Shown here: positions 18,945 through 28,908 of the stretch, piece by piece
How positions within the stretch are numbered: the first letter of the stretch is position 1
How the letters are laid out: each line of letters begins with the position of its first letter
The notes under the pieces: generated by a model
Seen by the model: the letters and a program-made list of their open reading frames with translations, nothing else
Database searches by the model: none
What the model was told of the DNA's origin: nothing
Translations under genes and position numbers: made by a program
Source: Myxococcota bacterium
Lineage (GTDB): Bacteria > Myxococcota_A > UBA9160 > UBA4427
Direction of reading: 5' to 3'
DNA: 64,000 nt
NCBI GenBank assembly: GCA_965250285.1
Contig: OZ252299.1
Location: 3,040,001 to 3,104,000, forward strand

Positions 18945-19766
18945 ATGAGCCTCGGTGAACCGAAGGACGACTGGTACATCGATCTCGAGATCGACCCGCC
19001 CATCGCGACGCTCGTGCTCAATCGGCCCGAGAAACTCAACGCGTGGAGCTGGGAGTCGGCCCGTCAGATCACGACCCGCGCCGACGAGATTCGATTCGAC
19101 GACCGCATTCGCGTCGTCATCGTCCGCGCCGAGGGCCGCGCGTTCTGCGCTGGCGTCGACCTCGGCATGCCCGAAGACCGCATCACCGGCCGCTCGCCCG
19201 CCGAGAAGGTCCGCAATTACTACGAGAAGTTCCGCTGGGTGCACGAGCGCTTCAAGGTGCTCGCCAACCTGCCCCAGCCGGTCCTGATGGCGATCCACGG
19301 CTACTGCCTCGGCGCCGGTCTCGAGGTCGCGATGATGGGCGACATCCGGATCGCGAGCGACGACGCGAAGTTCGCGCTGCCCGAGCCGAAGGTCGGCGTA
19401 TCGATCGACGCGGGGGGCGACCTGCGCCTCGTCACCGAGATCGGGGCGGCCTGGACCAAGCTCCTCGCCTTCACGGGCCGACGCATCGACGCGGAGACCG
19501 CCGCGCGCATCGGCATCGTGCAGGAGGTCGTGCCCCGAGACGCGCTGCTGTCGCACGTGCGCGCTCTCGCCGAGGAGATCGCGGGCAACGCGCCGCTCGG
19601 CGTCCAGGGCATCAAGCGCACGGTCAATCACTACGCCGAGCGCGGCCTCGACGAAGCGCTGCGCTTCGAGGCCGCGAGCGCCTCGGTGCTCTTCACGTCG
19701 GACGACATGACGCTCGGCTACAAGGCCATGGCCGAGAAGCGCGACGCAGACTTCGAAGGTAAGTAA
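18945..19766 (+). CDS. Enoyl-CoA hydratase/isomerase
   Basis: LNRPEKLNA, AFCAGVD, GAGLEVAMMGD, PEPKVG; AGGAG RBS. Confidence 0.9.
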   Translation: MSLGEPKDDWYIDLEIDPPIATLVLNRPEKLNAWSWESARQITTRADEIRFDDRIRVVIVRAEGRAFCAGVDLGMPEDRITGRSPAEKVRNYYEKFRWVHERFKVLANLPQPVLMAIHGYCLGAGLEVAMMGDIRIASDDAKFALPEPKVGVSIDAGGDLRLVTEIGAAWTKLLAFTGRRIDAETAARIGIVQEVVPRDALLSHVRALAEEIAGNAPLGVQGIKRTVNHYAERGLDEALRFEAASASVLFTSDDMTLGYKAMAEKRDADFEGK

Positions 19767-19783
19767 GTGAGGGGAGCCAACCG

Positions 19784-20623
19784 ATGACGGCGCAGGCGGG
19801 CGGTCGCGTCGCGTTCGTGACGGGCGCGAGCCGCGGGATCGGCAAGGCCTCTGCGATCGCGCTCGCGCGCGCTGGCTTCGACCTCGTCTTGACCGCGCGC
19901 ACGGTCCATGAGGGGCAGGCTGCCGATGGCTCGTCCCTGCCCGGCAGCCTCGAGACCACGGCCGAGGCCGTCCGCGCCGAAGGGCGCGAGGCGCTCGCGA
20001 TTCGGCTCGACCTGCTCGATCGCGCAAGCATCGACGCGGCGCTCGACGAGACGTTCGATCGACTCGGTCGCATCGATGTGCTGCTGAACAACGCCATCTA
20101 CACCGGCCCAGCCGCCATGCAGCACGTCACCGAGCTGCTCGCCGCCGACGTCTCGACGCTCTTCGAGGCCAACGTCTTCGCGCAGCTCCACATCGTGCAG
20201 CGCGTCTTGCCGCGCATGATCGACGCCGGCGGCGGGACGATCATCGACATGGTCTCGGCCGCCGGCATGATGGACCCACCGGCACCGGCAGGCCGAGGCG
20301 GCTGGGGCTTCGCGTACGCGGCGAGCAAGGCCGCCTTCGAGCGACTCGTCGGGGTGCTCGCGGTCGAGCATCGCGGCGCGGGCTTGCGCCTGTTCAACGT
20401 CGAGCCCGGTTTCGTGGTGACCGAAGCCATGGTGCACAACGACCCCGAGGGCCACTTCGAGCAGTTCGGCGGCGCGCCGCCGAGCGTGCCGGCGGCGGTC
20501 ATCGCCTGGCTCGCCTCCTCCGAAGAGGCCGACGCCTTGAGCGGGCAGACCCTCACCGCACAGCGGGTCGCGCTGGAGCGCAAGCTGCACGAAGACTGGC
20601 GGCCGCCGCGCTCAGCGAGTTAA
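19784..20623 (+). CDS. Short-chain dehydrogenase/reductase
   Basis: TGASRGIG, LNNA, YAASK. Confidence 0.9.
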   Translation: MTAQAGGRVAFVTGASRGIGKASAIALARAGFDLVLTARTVHEGQAADGSSLPGSLETTAEAVRAEGREALAIRLDLLDRASIDAALDETFDRLGRIDVLLNNAIYTGPAAMQHVTELLAADVSTLFEANVFAQLHIVQRVLPRMIDAGGGTIIDMVSAAGMMDPPAPAGRGGWGFAYAASKAAFERLVGVLAVEHRGAGLRLFNVEPGFVVTEAMVHNDPEGHFEQFGGAPPSVPAAVIAWLASSEEADALSGQTLTAQRVALERKLHEDWRPPRSAS

Positions 20624-20856
20624 GCCCCTCACCTTAAACGACATGTACTTCACGAAACTGCCCTGACCCGCCCTGCGCCGAGCACGACCCGGATCGGCAG
20701 GATCGACGCGCACACGATTTTTCATCGCCGACTTGGTACATCCAAGTGCACCAGTCGAAATCGAGGTGATAGACTTCATGTTGCTGTGGCGGCATGTGGA
20801 CATCGGCATTGGGATCGAGGCTCGTTCTCGACGTGATGCGCTGTCTGGAGAGAGCC

Positions 20857-22020
20857 GTGCGCACGCGACCCACCTCGAGCCCGCCCGACGACTATTCGGT
20901 CGTATCCGACCTCATTGGTCTCGCCTACGACGCAGCGGGGGACGGTGATCTCTGGGTCACGTTTCTCGAGCGCATCGCCCAGACGCTCGAGCTGCGCGCC
21001 GTCAACTTCATGATCAGCGCCTCCGACGCCGAGGGATCGGTCGTCGCGCTGCCGCGCGCGTGGGGCTACGACGAAGACCAGAAACACGCTTACGAAAGCC
21101 ACTTCGGCGAGATCGACCTGCGCCGCAGGCAGGCGTGCAAGCTCGCCCCAGGAACCGTGGCCGTCGGTGATCAACTGCTCGCCGAGCGCGAGTTCGTCGA
21201 GACCGAGTACTTCAATGACTTCTACGCGCCCATTGGCCTTCGCTACGAGTTCGGTTCCGTCATCCACAACGACAGCCGCGCCCTCAATGCGCTCGTCTGC
21301 TACCGCGGCCCCGACCACGGACCGGCCAGCCCGCACGATCTCGAACTCTTGAGGTTGCTGACGCCCCATCTGCAGCGCGCCCGCGCACTCGCCGTCAAGC
21401 TCGGCACGATCTCGAATCAGGCCCGGATGTCGGCGGACGTCCTGCATCGCCTCGCGGCCGGCCTGATCTTCTTCGACGAAGAGGGCGCGGTGGTCGGCGC
21501 AAACGCCACCGCCGAGCGACTGCTGGCCGATGAGGACGGGCTCGCCGTATCGAAGGGACGGCTCCAGGCGGCTCGCCCGGTCGACTCGCGGTCTCTCGCG
21601 GCGATCATGTCCGAAGCCATCCGTCCTGACGATCGACTGAGCGCGCGCGGCCCGATGAGCATTCGACTGCCGCGGCCCTCGGGCCGCCGCAGCCTCGAGG
21701 TGATGGCGTGCGCCATCGATCCCGCTTCGAGGGTGTGGTCGCAAGGGCGCGCGGCAGGCTTCCTCGTCGTCAGCTCGGGCGAGGCGCAGCTGCACGGCGT
21801 CGCACGGCGATTGCGCGACCTCTACGGCCTGAGCGAGGCCGAATCGCAGCTCGTCGTGGCGCTCGCCAACGGATCGACTCTGAAGGATTGGGCCGCCACG
21901 CGCGGCGTCTCCATCGAGACCGTGCGCTGGCAGCTCAAGCAGGTCTTCGCGAAGACCGGCACCACCCGACAGCCCGAGCTGATGCGTCTCGTCCTGCTCG
22001 GGCCGGCGTTGATCCCCTGA
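20857..22020 (+). CDS. LuxR-type HTH regulator with N-terminal GAF/PAS-like sensor (copy 1)
   Basis: C-terminal YGLSEAE...GVSIETVRWQLKQVFAKTG..RQPEL; PHLQRA linker; GTG start with GGAG aligns in length with both paralogs. Confidence 0.88.
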   Translation: MRTRPTSSPPDDYSVVSDLIGLAYDAAGDGDLWVTFLERIAQTLELRAVNFMISASDAEGSVVALPRAWGYDEDQKHAYESHFGEIDLRRRQACKLAPGTVAVGDQLLAEREFVETEYFNDFYAPIGLRYEFGSVIHNDSRALNALVCYRGPDHGPASPHDLELLRLLTPHLQRARALAVKLGTISNQARMSADVLHRLAAGLIFFDEEGAVVGANATAERLLADEDGLAVSKGRLQAARPVDSRSLAAIMSEAIRPDDRLSARGPMSIRLPRPSGRRSLEVMACAIDPASRVWSQGRAAGFLVVSSGEAQLHGVARRLRDLYGLSEAESQLVVALANGSTLKDWAATRGVSIETVRWQLKQVFAKTGTTRQPELMRLVLLGPALIP

Positions 22021-22246
22021 GGCCGGACGCTCTCGAAGGCGAGGGCATTTCAGAGCGAGTTCTCGGCCACCTCAAACCTCGAACGATCGATCGAATTCGA
22101 CCGGCATGGACCCGACGCTTCGGGATCTTCTCCGATTCGATGGGCGGCGCGACTACAATGGGCCTCAGCGAGCCGACACCCAGAACTACGCGGTGGCGTG
22201 ACGTCGCTCGGCGACCTCGCGGACCGCTTCGACCGGAGCCGTCCTG

Positions 22247-23410
22247 GTGAGTGGCCCGAACCGGCATCAGATCCTCGATGATCCCGACGTCTTCTCTGGC
22301 CTCATCGGCCAGATCTACGACGCGGCGGGCGATCCGAACCTGTGGCCCGGCTTTCTCTCACAGCTGAGCAAGATCCTCGATCTGCGCGCGATGAATTTCG
22401 TGATGACCCACAACGACCCCACCGACCAGATCGCCGTGCTGCCGGCAACCTGGGGTCTGGATGAGCGTGAGATTCGCGACTACGAAGCGTACTTTGCCGA
22501 GATCGACCCGCATCGTCTGCCCACATTGCGTCAGACCGCCGGCACCGTCGGCCGCGCCGACCTCTTGGTGCCCGACGCCGAGTACATCCGCAGCGAGTAC
22601 TACAACGACTTCTACGCACCCATCGGCCTGCGACACGGCTTCGCGACGTTGATCCACAACGACGGCCAGATGACGAGCGTGCTCGTCGGCCATCGCAGCG
22701 TCGACCGGGGCCCGGCCGACGAGACCGACCTCGAGGTGCTGCGCCGATTGACGCCTCATCTCCAGCGCGCGCGCATGCTCTCGCTCCAGCTCGGCACGCT
22801 TCAACGGCAGGAGCGCATCGGGCACGACCTGCTCGACCAGATTCCGATCGGCCTGCTCTTTCTCGACGCGAAGGGGCGCTTCGTGAGCGCGAACGCCCGC
22901 GGCGACGAGATCTTGCGTGAGCAGGATGGCCTCGAGCTGAGCCAGGGCCGCCTCGCGGCTGCACACATCAGCGACACGCGCGCGCTCGGTGCGATCGTCG
23001 CCGCCGCGTGTGCGCCCGAACTGAGGCAGGAGTCGTCGGCGATGAGCCTGCGGCTCGATCGCCCGTCGGGCCGACGCCACCTCGAGCTGATGGCCTGCCC
23101 GATCGACCACGAGTCGCGATTCTGGTACGAGCGCTCTGCAGCGGCCTTTCTGGTCGTGAGTGACGGCGAGACCGAGCTCAAGGGCGCAGCCGCCCGCCTC
23201 CGCGACCTGTTCGGCCTCACGCATGCCGAGGCCGAGCTCACCGTCGCGCTCGCGCGCGGCGCGACGGTCAAGGAGTGGGCTCGACAGCGCGGTGTGTCGG
23301 TCGAGACGGTGCGCTGGCAGCTGAAGCAGGTCTTCGCGAAGACCGGCACGTCCCGACAGCCCGAGCTCATGCGACTCGTGCTGCTCGGCCCGGGGATGGT
23401 CTCGCGTTGA
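22247..23410 (+). CDS. LuxR-type HTH regulator with sensor domains (copy 2)
   Basis: Same architecture; FGLTHAE...GVSVETVRWQLKQVFAKTG. Confidence 0.88.
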   Translation: MSGPNRHQILDDPDVFSGLIGQIYDAAGDPNLWPGFLSQLSKILDLRAMNFVMTHNDPTDQIAVLPATWGLDEREIRDYEAYFAEIDPHRLPTLRQTAGTVGRADLLVPDAEYIRSEYYNDFYAPIGLRHGFATLIHNDGQMTSVLVGHRSVDRGPADETDLEVLRRLTPHLQRARMLSLQLGTLQRQERIGHDLLDQIPIGLLFLDAKGRFVSANARGDEILREQDGLELSQGRLAAAHISDTRALGAIVAAACAPELRQESSAMSLRLDRPSGRRHLELMACPIDHESRFWYERSAAAFLVVSDGETELKGAAARLRDLFGLTHAEAELTVALARGATVKEWARQRGVSVETVRWQLKQVFAKTGTSRQPELMRLVLLGPGMVSR

Positions 23411-23456
23411 TGCGTCCCGCGACCGACGGCCCGACCGTGCGCGCGGAGCCACCTGC

Positions 23457-24623
23457 ATGAGTCGAGGCAGCGGGCCGAACCTGCTCGAGAACACCGAACT
23501 CGTGTCGTCGATGATTGGCTTGATCTACGACGCGGCCGGCGCACCCGAGTTCTACCCTCAGCTCCTCGAGCGGCTGAGCACCGTGCTCGAGCTGAATGCG
23601 GCCACGCTCGGCGTCGATCTCTTCTTGAACGAAGACGGCACGGCGCGCATCCCGCCCATCACGATCGGTTCGGGCAGTGAGACCTTCAACGCGTACGACG
23701 AGAACGTCGCTGCGGTCGACCCGTTCATCGATCCGTTGATGGACCTCGTCGAGAGCGCTGTCGTGCCATTCGATCGACTGGTCCCCGATGATGCGTTCGT
23801 TCGAGGCGCCTTCTACAACGACTTCTACGCGACCACGGGCAACCGTCGCGGCTTCGTGTCGGTCTTCCACCGCGACGCCGACACTTCGAGCGTGCTCTTC
23901 GGGCACCGTGCGCCGGACCAGCCGAACTGGACCGACGCCGAGCTGAGCTTCATTCGCGTGCTCACCCCCCATCTTCGACGTGCGCGCGCACTGGGTGAGC
24001 GCCTCGGCACGCTGACGAGCGACGAGGGGATCGTCGACGGCGTGCTCGATCGGCTGACGCTCGGCATCGTATTCGTCGACGCATCGGGGCAGTTCATACG
24101 CGCGAACGCGCGCGGCGAGCAGACCCTTCGAGAGCAAGACGGGCTCGGGCTCACCCGGGGTCGACTCGTCGCCGATCGCGCGGCCACGACCCAGGCGCTC
24201 GACGCCATCGTGGCCGCGGCCTGCGCAACCGGTCGGCACCAGACGCACTCGGCTCCGCTGAGCCTCCGGATCGACCGTCCATCGGGCCGCCGCAGCCTCG
24301 AAGTGATGGCCTGCCCGATCGATCGCGACTCAGAGGTCTGGAGTCACGGCCAGGCGGCCGCATTCATCGTCCTCAACGACGGCGATGCCGAGCTGCGTGG
24401 CGTCGCTCAACGCCTGCGCGATCTGCACGGGCTGACCGACGCAGAGGCGATGCTCACCGCCGCGCTCGCGGGCGGCATGACGGTTCGTGAGTGGGCCGAG
24501 CACCGCGGCATCTCCGTCGAGACCGTCCGATGGCAGCTCAAGCAGGTGTTCCAGAAGACCGGCGTGTCGCGACAATCCGACCTGATGCGCCTGGTTCTGC
24601 TGGGCCCGGCGGTCGTTCGGTAG
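23457..24623 (+). CDS. LuxR-type HTH regulator with sensor domains (copy 3)
   Basis: Same architecture; HGLTDAE...GISVETVRWQLKQVFQKTG. Confidence 0.88.
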   Translation: MSRGSGPNLLENTELVSSMIGLIYDAAGAPEFYPQLLERLSTVLELNAATLGVDLFLNEDGTARIPPITIGSGSETFNAYDENVAAVDPFIDPLMDLVESAVVPFDRLVPDDAFVRGAFYNDFYATTGNRRGFVSVFHRDADTSSVLFGHRAPDQPNWTDAELSFIRVLTPHLRRARALGERLGTLTSDEGIVDGVLDRLTLGIVFVDASGQFIRANARGEQTLREQDGLGLTRGRLVADRAATTQALDAIVAAACATGRHQTHSAPLSLRIDRPSGRRSLEVMACPIDRDSEVWSHGQAAAFIVLNDGDAELRGVAQRLRDLHGLTDAEAMLTAALAGGMTVREWAEHRGISVETVRWQLKQVFQKTGVSRQSDLMRLVLLGPAVVR

Positions 24624-24641
24624 CGACCCTGATGCGGCGAC

Positions 24642-26294
24642 CTAGTCGCCAGTGCTCAGCAGCTCGGTCGGGCTGCCCACCTCGTCCTCGAGCTTCTTCT
24701 GGATCTCCTGGCGCCGCTGCTGCAGCTCGCGGTGGGTGAGCGACTCGACCTCGCCTTCGAGACCGAGCGCCTGGCGAGCACCCGAGAGATCGACCGTGTT
24801 CTTCGATGGATCGAAGCCGATCTGAGTCGCGATCGTGTCGGCGTGATGCGTCGCGAAGTAGCCGTAGATGCGAGAGATCTGAGCGAACATGTTGAGGTCG
24901 GGCGCGAGTGTCGCCACCGCACCGTCGAAGAAGAGCATGCCCTTCACGTAGAGCACGAGATGCTTCGGAAGCCGCGCGCCCTGCTTCAACAGGCCTTTCA
25001 AGACCTCCTGAATCTCGGCCGCGAGCTCCTCGCCCGACATCTTGGTCGGGTCACGCACGGGTTGGTCGATCTTGAGCAGCGTGATCAGCGCATCGAGATC
25101 GGCGTCCTCGGGCAGCGCACCGATGTCGCGGAAGGCCTCGAGCTGTCCCCGCATGTCGTTGACCGCACCCGTCATCAACAGCCGCATGAAGGCCCGACGC
25201 TCCTTCTCCCGCATGCGTCCGGTCATGCCGAAGTCGAGGAGGGCGACGCGGCCATCGGGCATGATGAAGAGGTTGCCGCCGTGCAGGTCGCCGTGAAAGA
25301 CGCCGTAGATCATGGCGCCTTCGAGGAACGTGACGAGCATGCCGTGAAGCAGCTCCGCCGTGTCGATGCCGTTTGCACTGAGCGACTCGAGGTCTTCGTA
25401 GTCGAAGCCTCTCAGTCGCTCCATCACGAGCAGACGCGGGGTCACGAGCTCGGGATGGGGGCGTGGCACGACGATGATCGTCTGCCCGGCGTCGCGCAGC
25501 ACGGCGGCAACGTCGAGCATGTTCTCGGCTTCGAGCCGAAAGTCGAGCTCTTCCACGACCGTCTCGGCGAAGAGCTCGACGAGAGCGGGCGGGTTCGCCA
25601 GCGCGGCCACCGGGATGCGTCCCACGAGCACGGGCGCGATCCAGGCCATCGCTGCGATGTCCTGACGCACGAGCGCCGCCACGCCCGGGCGCTGCACCTT
25701 CACGACGACCTCTTCACCGCTGCGCAGCGTCGCGCGGTGCACCTGCGCGATCGAGGCCGCGGCAAGCGGTTCGCGGTCGAACTCGCTGAAGACGTCCTCG
25801 ATGCGCGCGCCGAGCTCGGCTTCGACATGCGGGCGAACGCGATCGAACGGCACGGCCGGCACCTGATCGCGACAGCGCTTGAACTCCTCGACGAGCTCGT
25901 CGGGGAAGAGCCCGCGCGCCGACGACACGATCTGGCCGAGCTTGATGTAGGCCGGGCCGAGCTTCTCGAACGCGATCCGCAGCCGTCGCGACAACGCCGC
26001 ACGCGAGGCTTCGCCTCCCTGCCGGCGCTCGAGGAGCGCCCAGAGGACGAGCGCGCCGCCCACACGCCACGCGGCCTCGAGGAAGCGCCGCACGGGCGGG
26101 ACCACGCGACGGCGACACAGCTCGGGCACTTCGGCGCGGGTCGCTGCGCGCACCCGCTGCAGGTCATGCAACCATCGCAGCTCGAGAACGTCGACGAGCC
26201 AGGGCCCGTCGTCGCTGAACGCGAAGCGGTCGGCGTCGATCCCCGACCCTGTGATCTGCGACGCCTGCTCGGCGCTCATTCTCTCTGCCTCCAT
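24642..26294 (-). CDS. ABC1/UbiB/AarF atypical kinase family protein
   Basis: GPAYIKLGQ, AAASIAQVHRA, VKVQRP, FHGDLHGGN, LDFGM. Confidence 0.92.
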   Translation of the reverse strand: MEAERMSAEQASQITGSGIDADRFAFSDDGPWLVDVLELRWLHDLQRVRAATRAEVPELCRRRVVPPVRRFLEAAWRVGGALVLWALLERRQGGEASRAALSRRLRIAFEKLGPAYIKLGQIVSSARGLFPDELVEEFKRCRDQVPAVPFDRVRPHVEAELGARIEDVFSEFDREPLAAASIAQVHRATLRSGEEVVVKVQRPGVAALVRQDIAAMAWIAPVLVGRIPVAALANPPALVELFAETVVEELDFRLEAENMLDVAAVLRDAGQTIIVVPRPHPELVTPRLLVMERLRGFDYEDLESLSANGIDTAELLHGMLVTFLEGAMIYGVFHGDLHGGNLFIMPDGRVALLDFGMTGRMREKERRAFMRLLMTGAVNDMRGQLEAFRDIGALPEDADLDALITLLKIDQPVRDPTKMSGEELAAEIQEVLKGLLKQGARLPKHLVLYVKGMLFFDGAVATLAPDLNMFAQISRIYGYFATHHADTIATQIGFDPSKNTVDLSGARQALGLEGEVESLTHRELQQRRQEIQKKLEDEVGSPTELLSTGD

Positions 26295-26385
26295 CCGTGT
26301 CCACTCGCTCGGTCGGTTCAGGCAACCGCTTCGCCGCGTGAGGTGCGAAGGTCATGGCTCGAGCCAGCCGTACCCACCTCGCGCA

Positions 26386-26901
26386 TCAATCCGTCTCGCC
26401 TCGCGCCCAGAAAGTGCGCCAGGTCTCGAGCACTTCGGGCAGCTCTCCGCGCCCCGTTGGATGCTGGGGCCACTGTGCAGATTCGAGCGCCAGGGGATTG
26501 TCGCCCAGATCGGCCGCGTAGAAGAGTCGATGCCGACGACGAACGAAGCGCCAGCCCCCGGGCGTCCGCGCGTACTCATCGTCATACCGGATCGCCTGCT
26601 GGATCCACCGCTCGCCGTCCTGCACCTCGGCCTTGCAGTAGACGATACCCAGAGCCCTCTCAGAGCTCTCGAAGTCGATTACGTGGTTGCCGACGAACAG
26701 AATCGAGATGCCGATCGCGCGAAGCTGCGCGTCGAAGTCGGCCTGCAACGCTTCGTGGCCCCTCTGGTCGCGGCCCACCTGCACATCGTCGACGAAGAGC
26801 TGCACGAGCTTGTCCAGATCTCGACTGTCGATGGCAATGGCATAGCGCGAGGCGAGCTGCCGAATCTCGCTCTCGGCCAGGAGTCGCTGCAGATCATCCA
26901 T
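26386..26901 (-). CDS. SnoaL/NTF2-like family protein
   Basis: EIRQLASRYAIAIDSRD, RYDDEYAR..GWRFVRR. Confidence 0.85.
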   Translation of the reverse strand: MDDLQRLLAESEIRQLASRYAIAIDSRDLDKLVQLFVDDVQVGRDQRGHEALQADFDAQLRAIGISILFVGNHVIDFESSERALGIVYCKAEVQDGERWIQQAIRYDDEYARTPGGWRFVRRRHRLFYAADLGDNPLALESAQWPQHPTGRGELPEVLETWRTFWARGETD

Positions 26902-27019
26902 GAAATTCCCTTCGAAACGGGGCGCCTAAGCCCCTCGGCGACGTCCCGGCGGCTGGGGTAGGGTCGACGGCCGCCAGGCTCTTGCCCCGAATGCACGCTG
27001 CCAGGAGGCGCCGCCACCC

Positions 27020-27646
27020 ATGCCCCTCGACCTTTCGACCCTCGTTCAGCCCGGTCATTCGGCCATCGTCACGTCGGAGTGCCAACGCGGCGTCGTCGGC
27101 GACCTCTCGAACCTGCCCGACCTCGGCGCCGCCGCGGCCGGGGGCATGCTGAGTTGCATCGCCGAGTTGACCGATGCCGCGAGGAGCGTGGGCGCCGCAG
27201 TGATCCACTGCACGGCCGAGCGGCGCGCCGACGGCGCCGGCGCAAACAACAACGCTCGGCTCTTTCAATACATGGCCAAGGCGAAGCACCCCCTGCTCGC
27301 AGGCTCGCCGGCTGTCGAGATCGTACCCGAGATCGACGTGATGGAAGACGACTTCGTGCTGCCGCGACTGCACGGGCTCTCGCCCTTTCATGGCACCGAT
27401 CTCGACTCGATCCTGCGCAACCTCGGCGTGACGACCCTCATCGCCACCGGCGTCTCGGTCAACGTCGCGATCCAGGCGCTGACCTACGAGGCGGTCAGCG
27501 CGGGCTACCAGGTCGTGATCCCGAAGGACGCGGTGGCAGGCTTCCCAGAAGGCTATCCGGAGATGGTCTTCGAGCATTCGCTCGGCGCGATCGCGACCCT
27601 CGTCTCGACGGCCGACGTGCTCGACGCGTGGCGAGGTGCATCGTGA
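27020..27646 (+). CDS. Isochorismatase/cysteine-hydrolase-fold protein (atypical active site)
   Basis: SPFHGTDLDSILRNLGVTTLIATGV..., GYQVVIPKDAVAG. Confidence 0.85.
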   Translation: MPLDLSTLVQPGHSAIVTSECQRGVVGDLSNLPDLGAAAAGGMLSCIAELTDAARSVGAAVIHCTAERRADGAGANNNARLFQYMAKAKHPLLAGSPAVEIVPEIDVMEDDFVLPRLHGLSPFHGTDLDSILRNLGVTTLIATGVSVNVAIQALTYEAVSAGYQVVIPKDAVAGFPEGYPEMVFEHSLGAIATLVSTADVLDAWRGAS

Positions 27647-28431
27647 GCGACCCTTCGAGCGACGTCCTCCTCGTCGAGCGAGACGGGCCGGTCGCGATCC
27701 TGACGCTGCATCGACCCGACGCGATGAACGCGCTCTCGCGACCGCTGCGCGAGGCACTCTCATCGGCCTTTCGCGAGCTCGGCGCCGACCCCGAGGTGCG
27801 CGTGGCGATCGTGACCGGCGCGGGGCGGGCCTTCTGCGCTGGCTTCGACCTGAAGGAGCTCAGCGAAGCATCGGGAGACGCCGCCGAGACGGCGAGCAAC
27901 GACCTGCCCGAGGCGATGCAGGCGTTCGGCGGCCCGATCATCGGCGCCGTGAACGGCCACGCCATCACGGGGGGCTTCGAGCTCGCCCTCGCCTGCGACG
28001 TGCTGATCGCCTCGACGGAGGCGCGCTTCGCCGACACACACGCCCGGGTCGGCATCCTCCCCGGCTGGGGACTCAGCCAGAAGCTGCCGCGGCTCGTCGG
28101 CGAATCGCGGGCCAAGGAGATCTCGTTCACCGGAAACTTCGTCGACGCCGAGCAGGCGCTCGCATGGGGCCTGGTCAACCGCGTCGTCGAACCCGACGCG
28201 CTGCTCGATCACTGCCGCGAGCTCGGCCACGCGATGGCGAGCTGCGTGCCGACGGTGCTGGCCGAGTACAAGGCGCTGATCGACCGCGGCCTCGGGATGA
28301 ACCTCGATGCGGCGCTCGAGATGGAAGCCGCCGCGGCGATCGAGTCGGCCAAGCGCGCGAGCGCCGCCATGATCGCCGCGCGGCGCAAGGGTGTGCAGGA
28401 GCGCGGTCGTTCGGAGACGAGCGACGATTGA
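27643..28431 (+). CDS. Enoyl-CoA hydratase/isomerase
   Basis: RPDAMNAL, AFCAGFD, GGFELALACD, DTHARVG; GTGA overlap with the upstream gene. Confidence 0.9.
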   Translation: MSDPSSDVLLVERDGPVAILTLHRPDAMNALSRPLREALSSAFRELGADPEVRVAIVTGAGRAFCAGFDLKELSEASGDAAETASNDLPEAMQAFGGPIIGAVNGHAITGGFELALACDVLIASTEARFADTHARVGILPGWGLSQKLPRLVGESRAKEISFTGNFVDAEQALAWGLVNRVVEPDALLDHCRELGHAMASCVPTVLAEYKALIDRGLGMNLDAALEMEAAAAIESAKRASAAMIAARRKGVQERGRSETSDD

Positions 28432-28440
28432 CCGCGCGGC

Positions 28441-28890
28441 TCAGGCGTCGTCGAGCACCCAGCGCGGGAGCGTGATCTCGTCGGTCACCCGGTCGAACAC
28501 GACGCGGACGCGCGCGCCGATCTCGACCGAACGGGGGTCGACCGAGTCGAGCGGCGCGCCGGCTTCGCTCACCAGATTGCCGACGAGGCGCGCGTTCGGA
28601 TCCTCGTCGAGTTCGACGAGGATCACGTTGTAGGGGGCGTGCTCTCCGAACTGAGGCAAGAGCGGCGGGTGTGGCACGACGACCGACCAGATCGTGCCCC
28701 GGCCCGAGACGGTGATCCACTCGGGCACACGCCGCCCGCCCCATGGGCTGGTCGAGCGCGGCGGAAACACGAGCCGCCCGGTATCGACGCAGCGCTGCAT
28801 GCGCAGCTCGCCGGCCCGCGCCCCTTCGAGGAAGGGCTCGGTCTCGGGCGCGCGTGGCGGCAGCAGCAGAGACGCCGGATCAACGGCCAT
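28441..28890 (-). CDS. DUF35 (ChsH2-C-like) Zn-ribbon/OB-fold protein
   Basis: PFLEGARAGELRMQRC, FPPR, SGRGTIWS, PYNVILVELDE, IGARVRVVF. Confidence 0.88.
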   Translation of the reverse strand: MAVDPASLLLPPRAPETEPFLEGARAGELRMQRCVDTGRLVFPPRSTSPWGGRRVPEWITVSGRGTIWSVVVPHPPLLPQFGEHAPYNVILVELDEDPNARLVGNLVSEAGAPLDSVDPRSVEIGARVRVVFDRVTDEITLPRWVLDDA

Positions 28891-28908
28891 GGTGTTTTCT
28901 CCCGGCTC

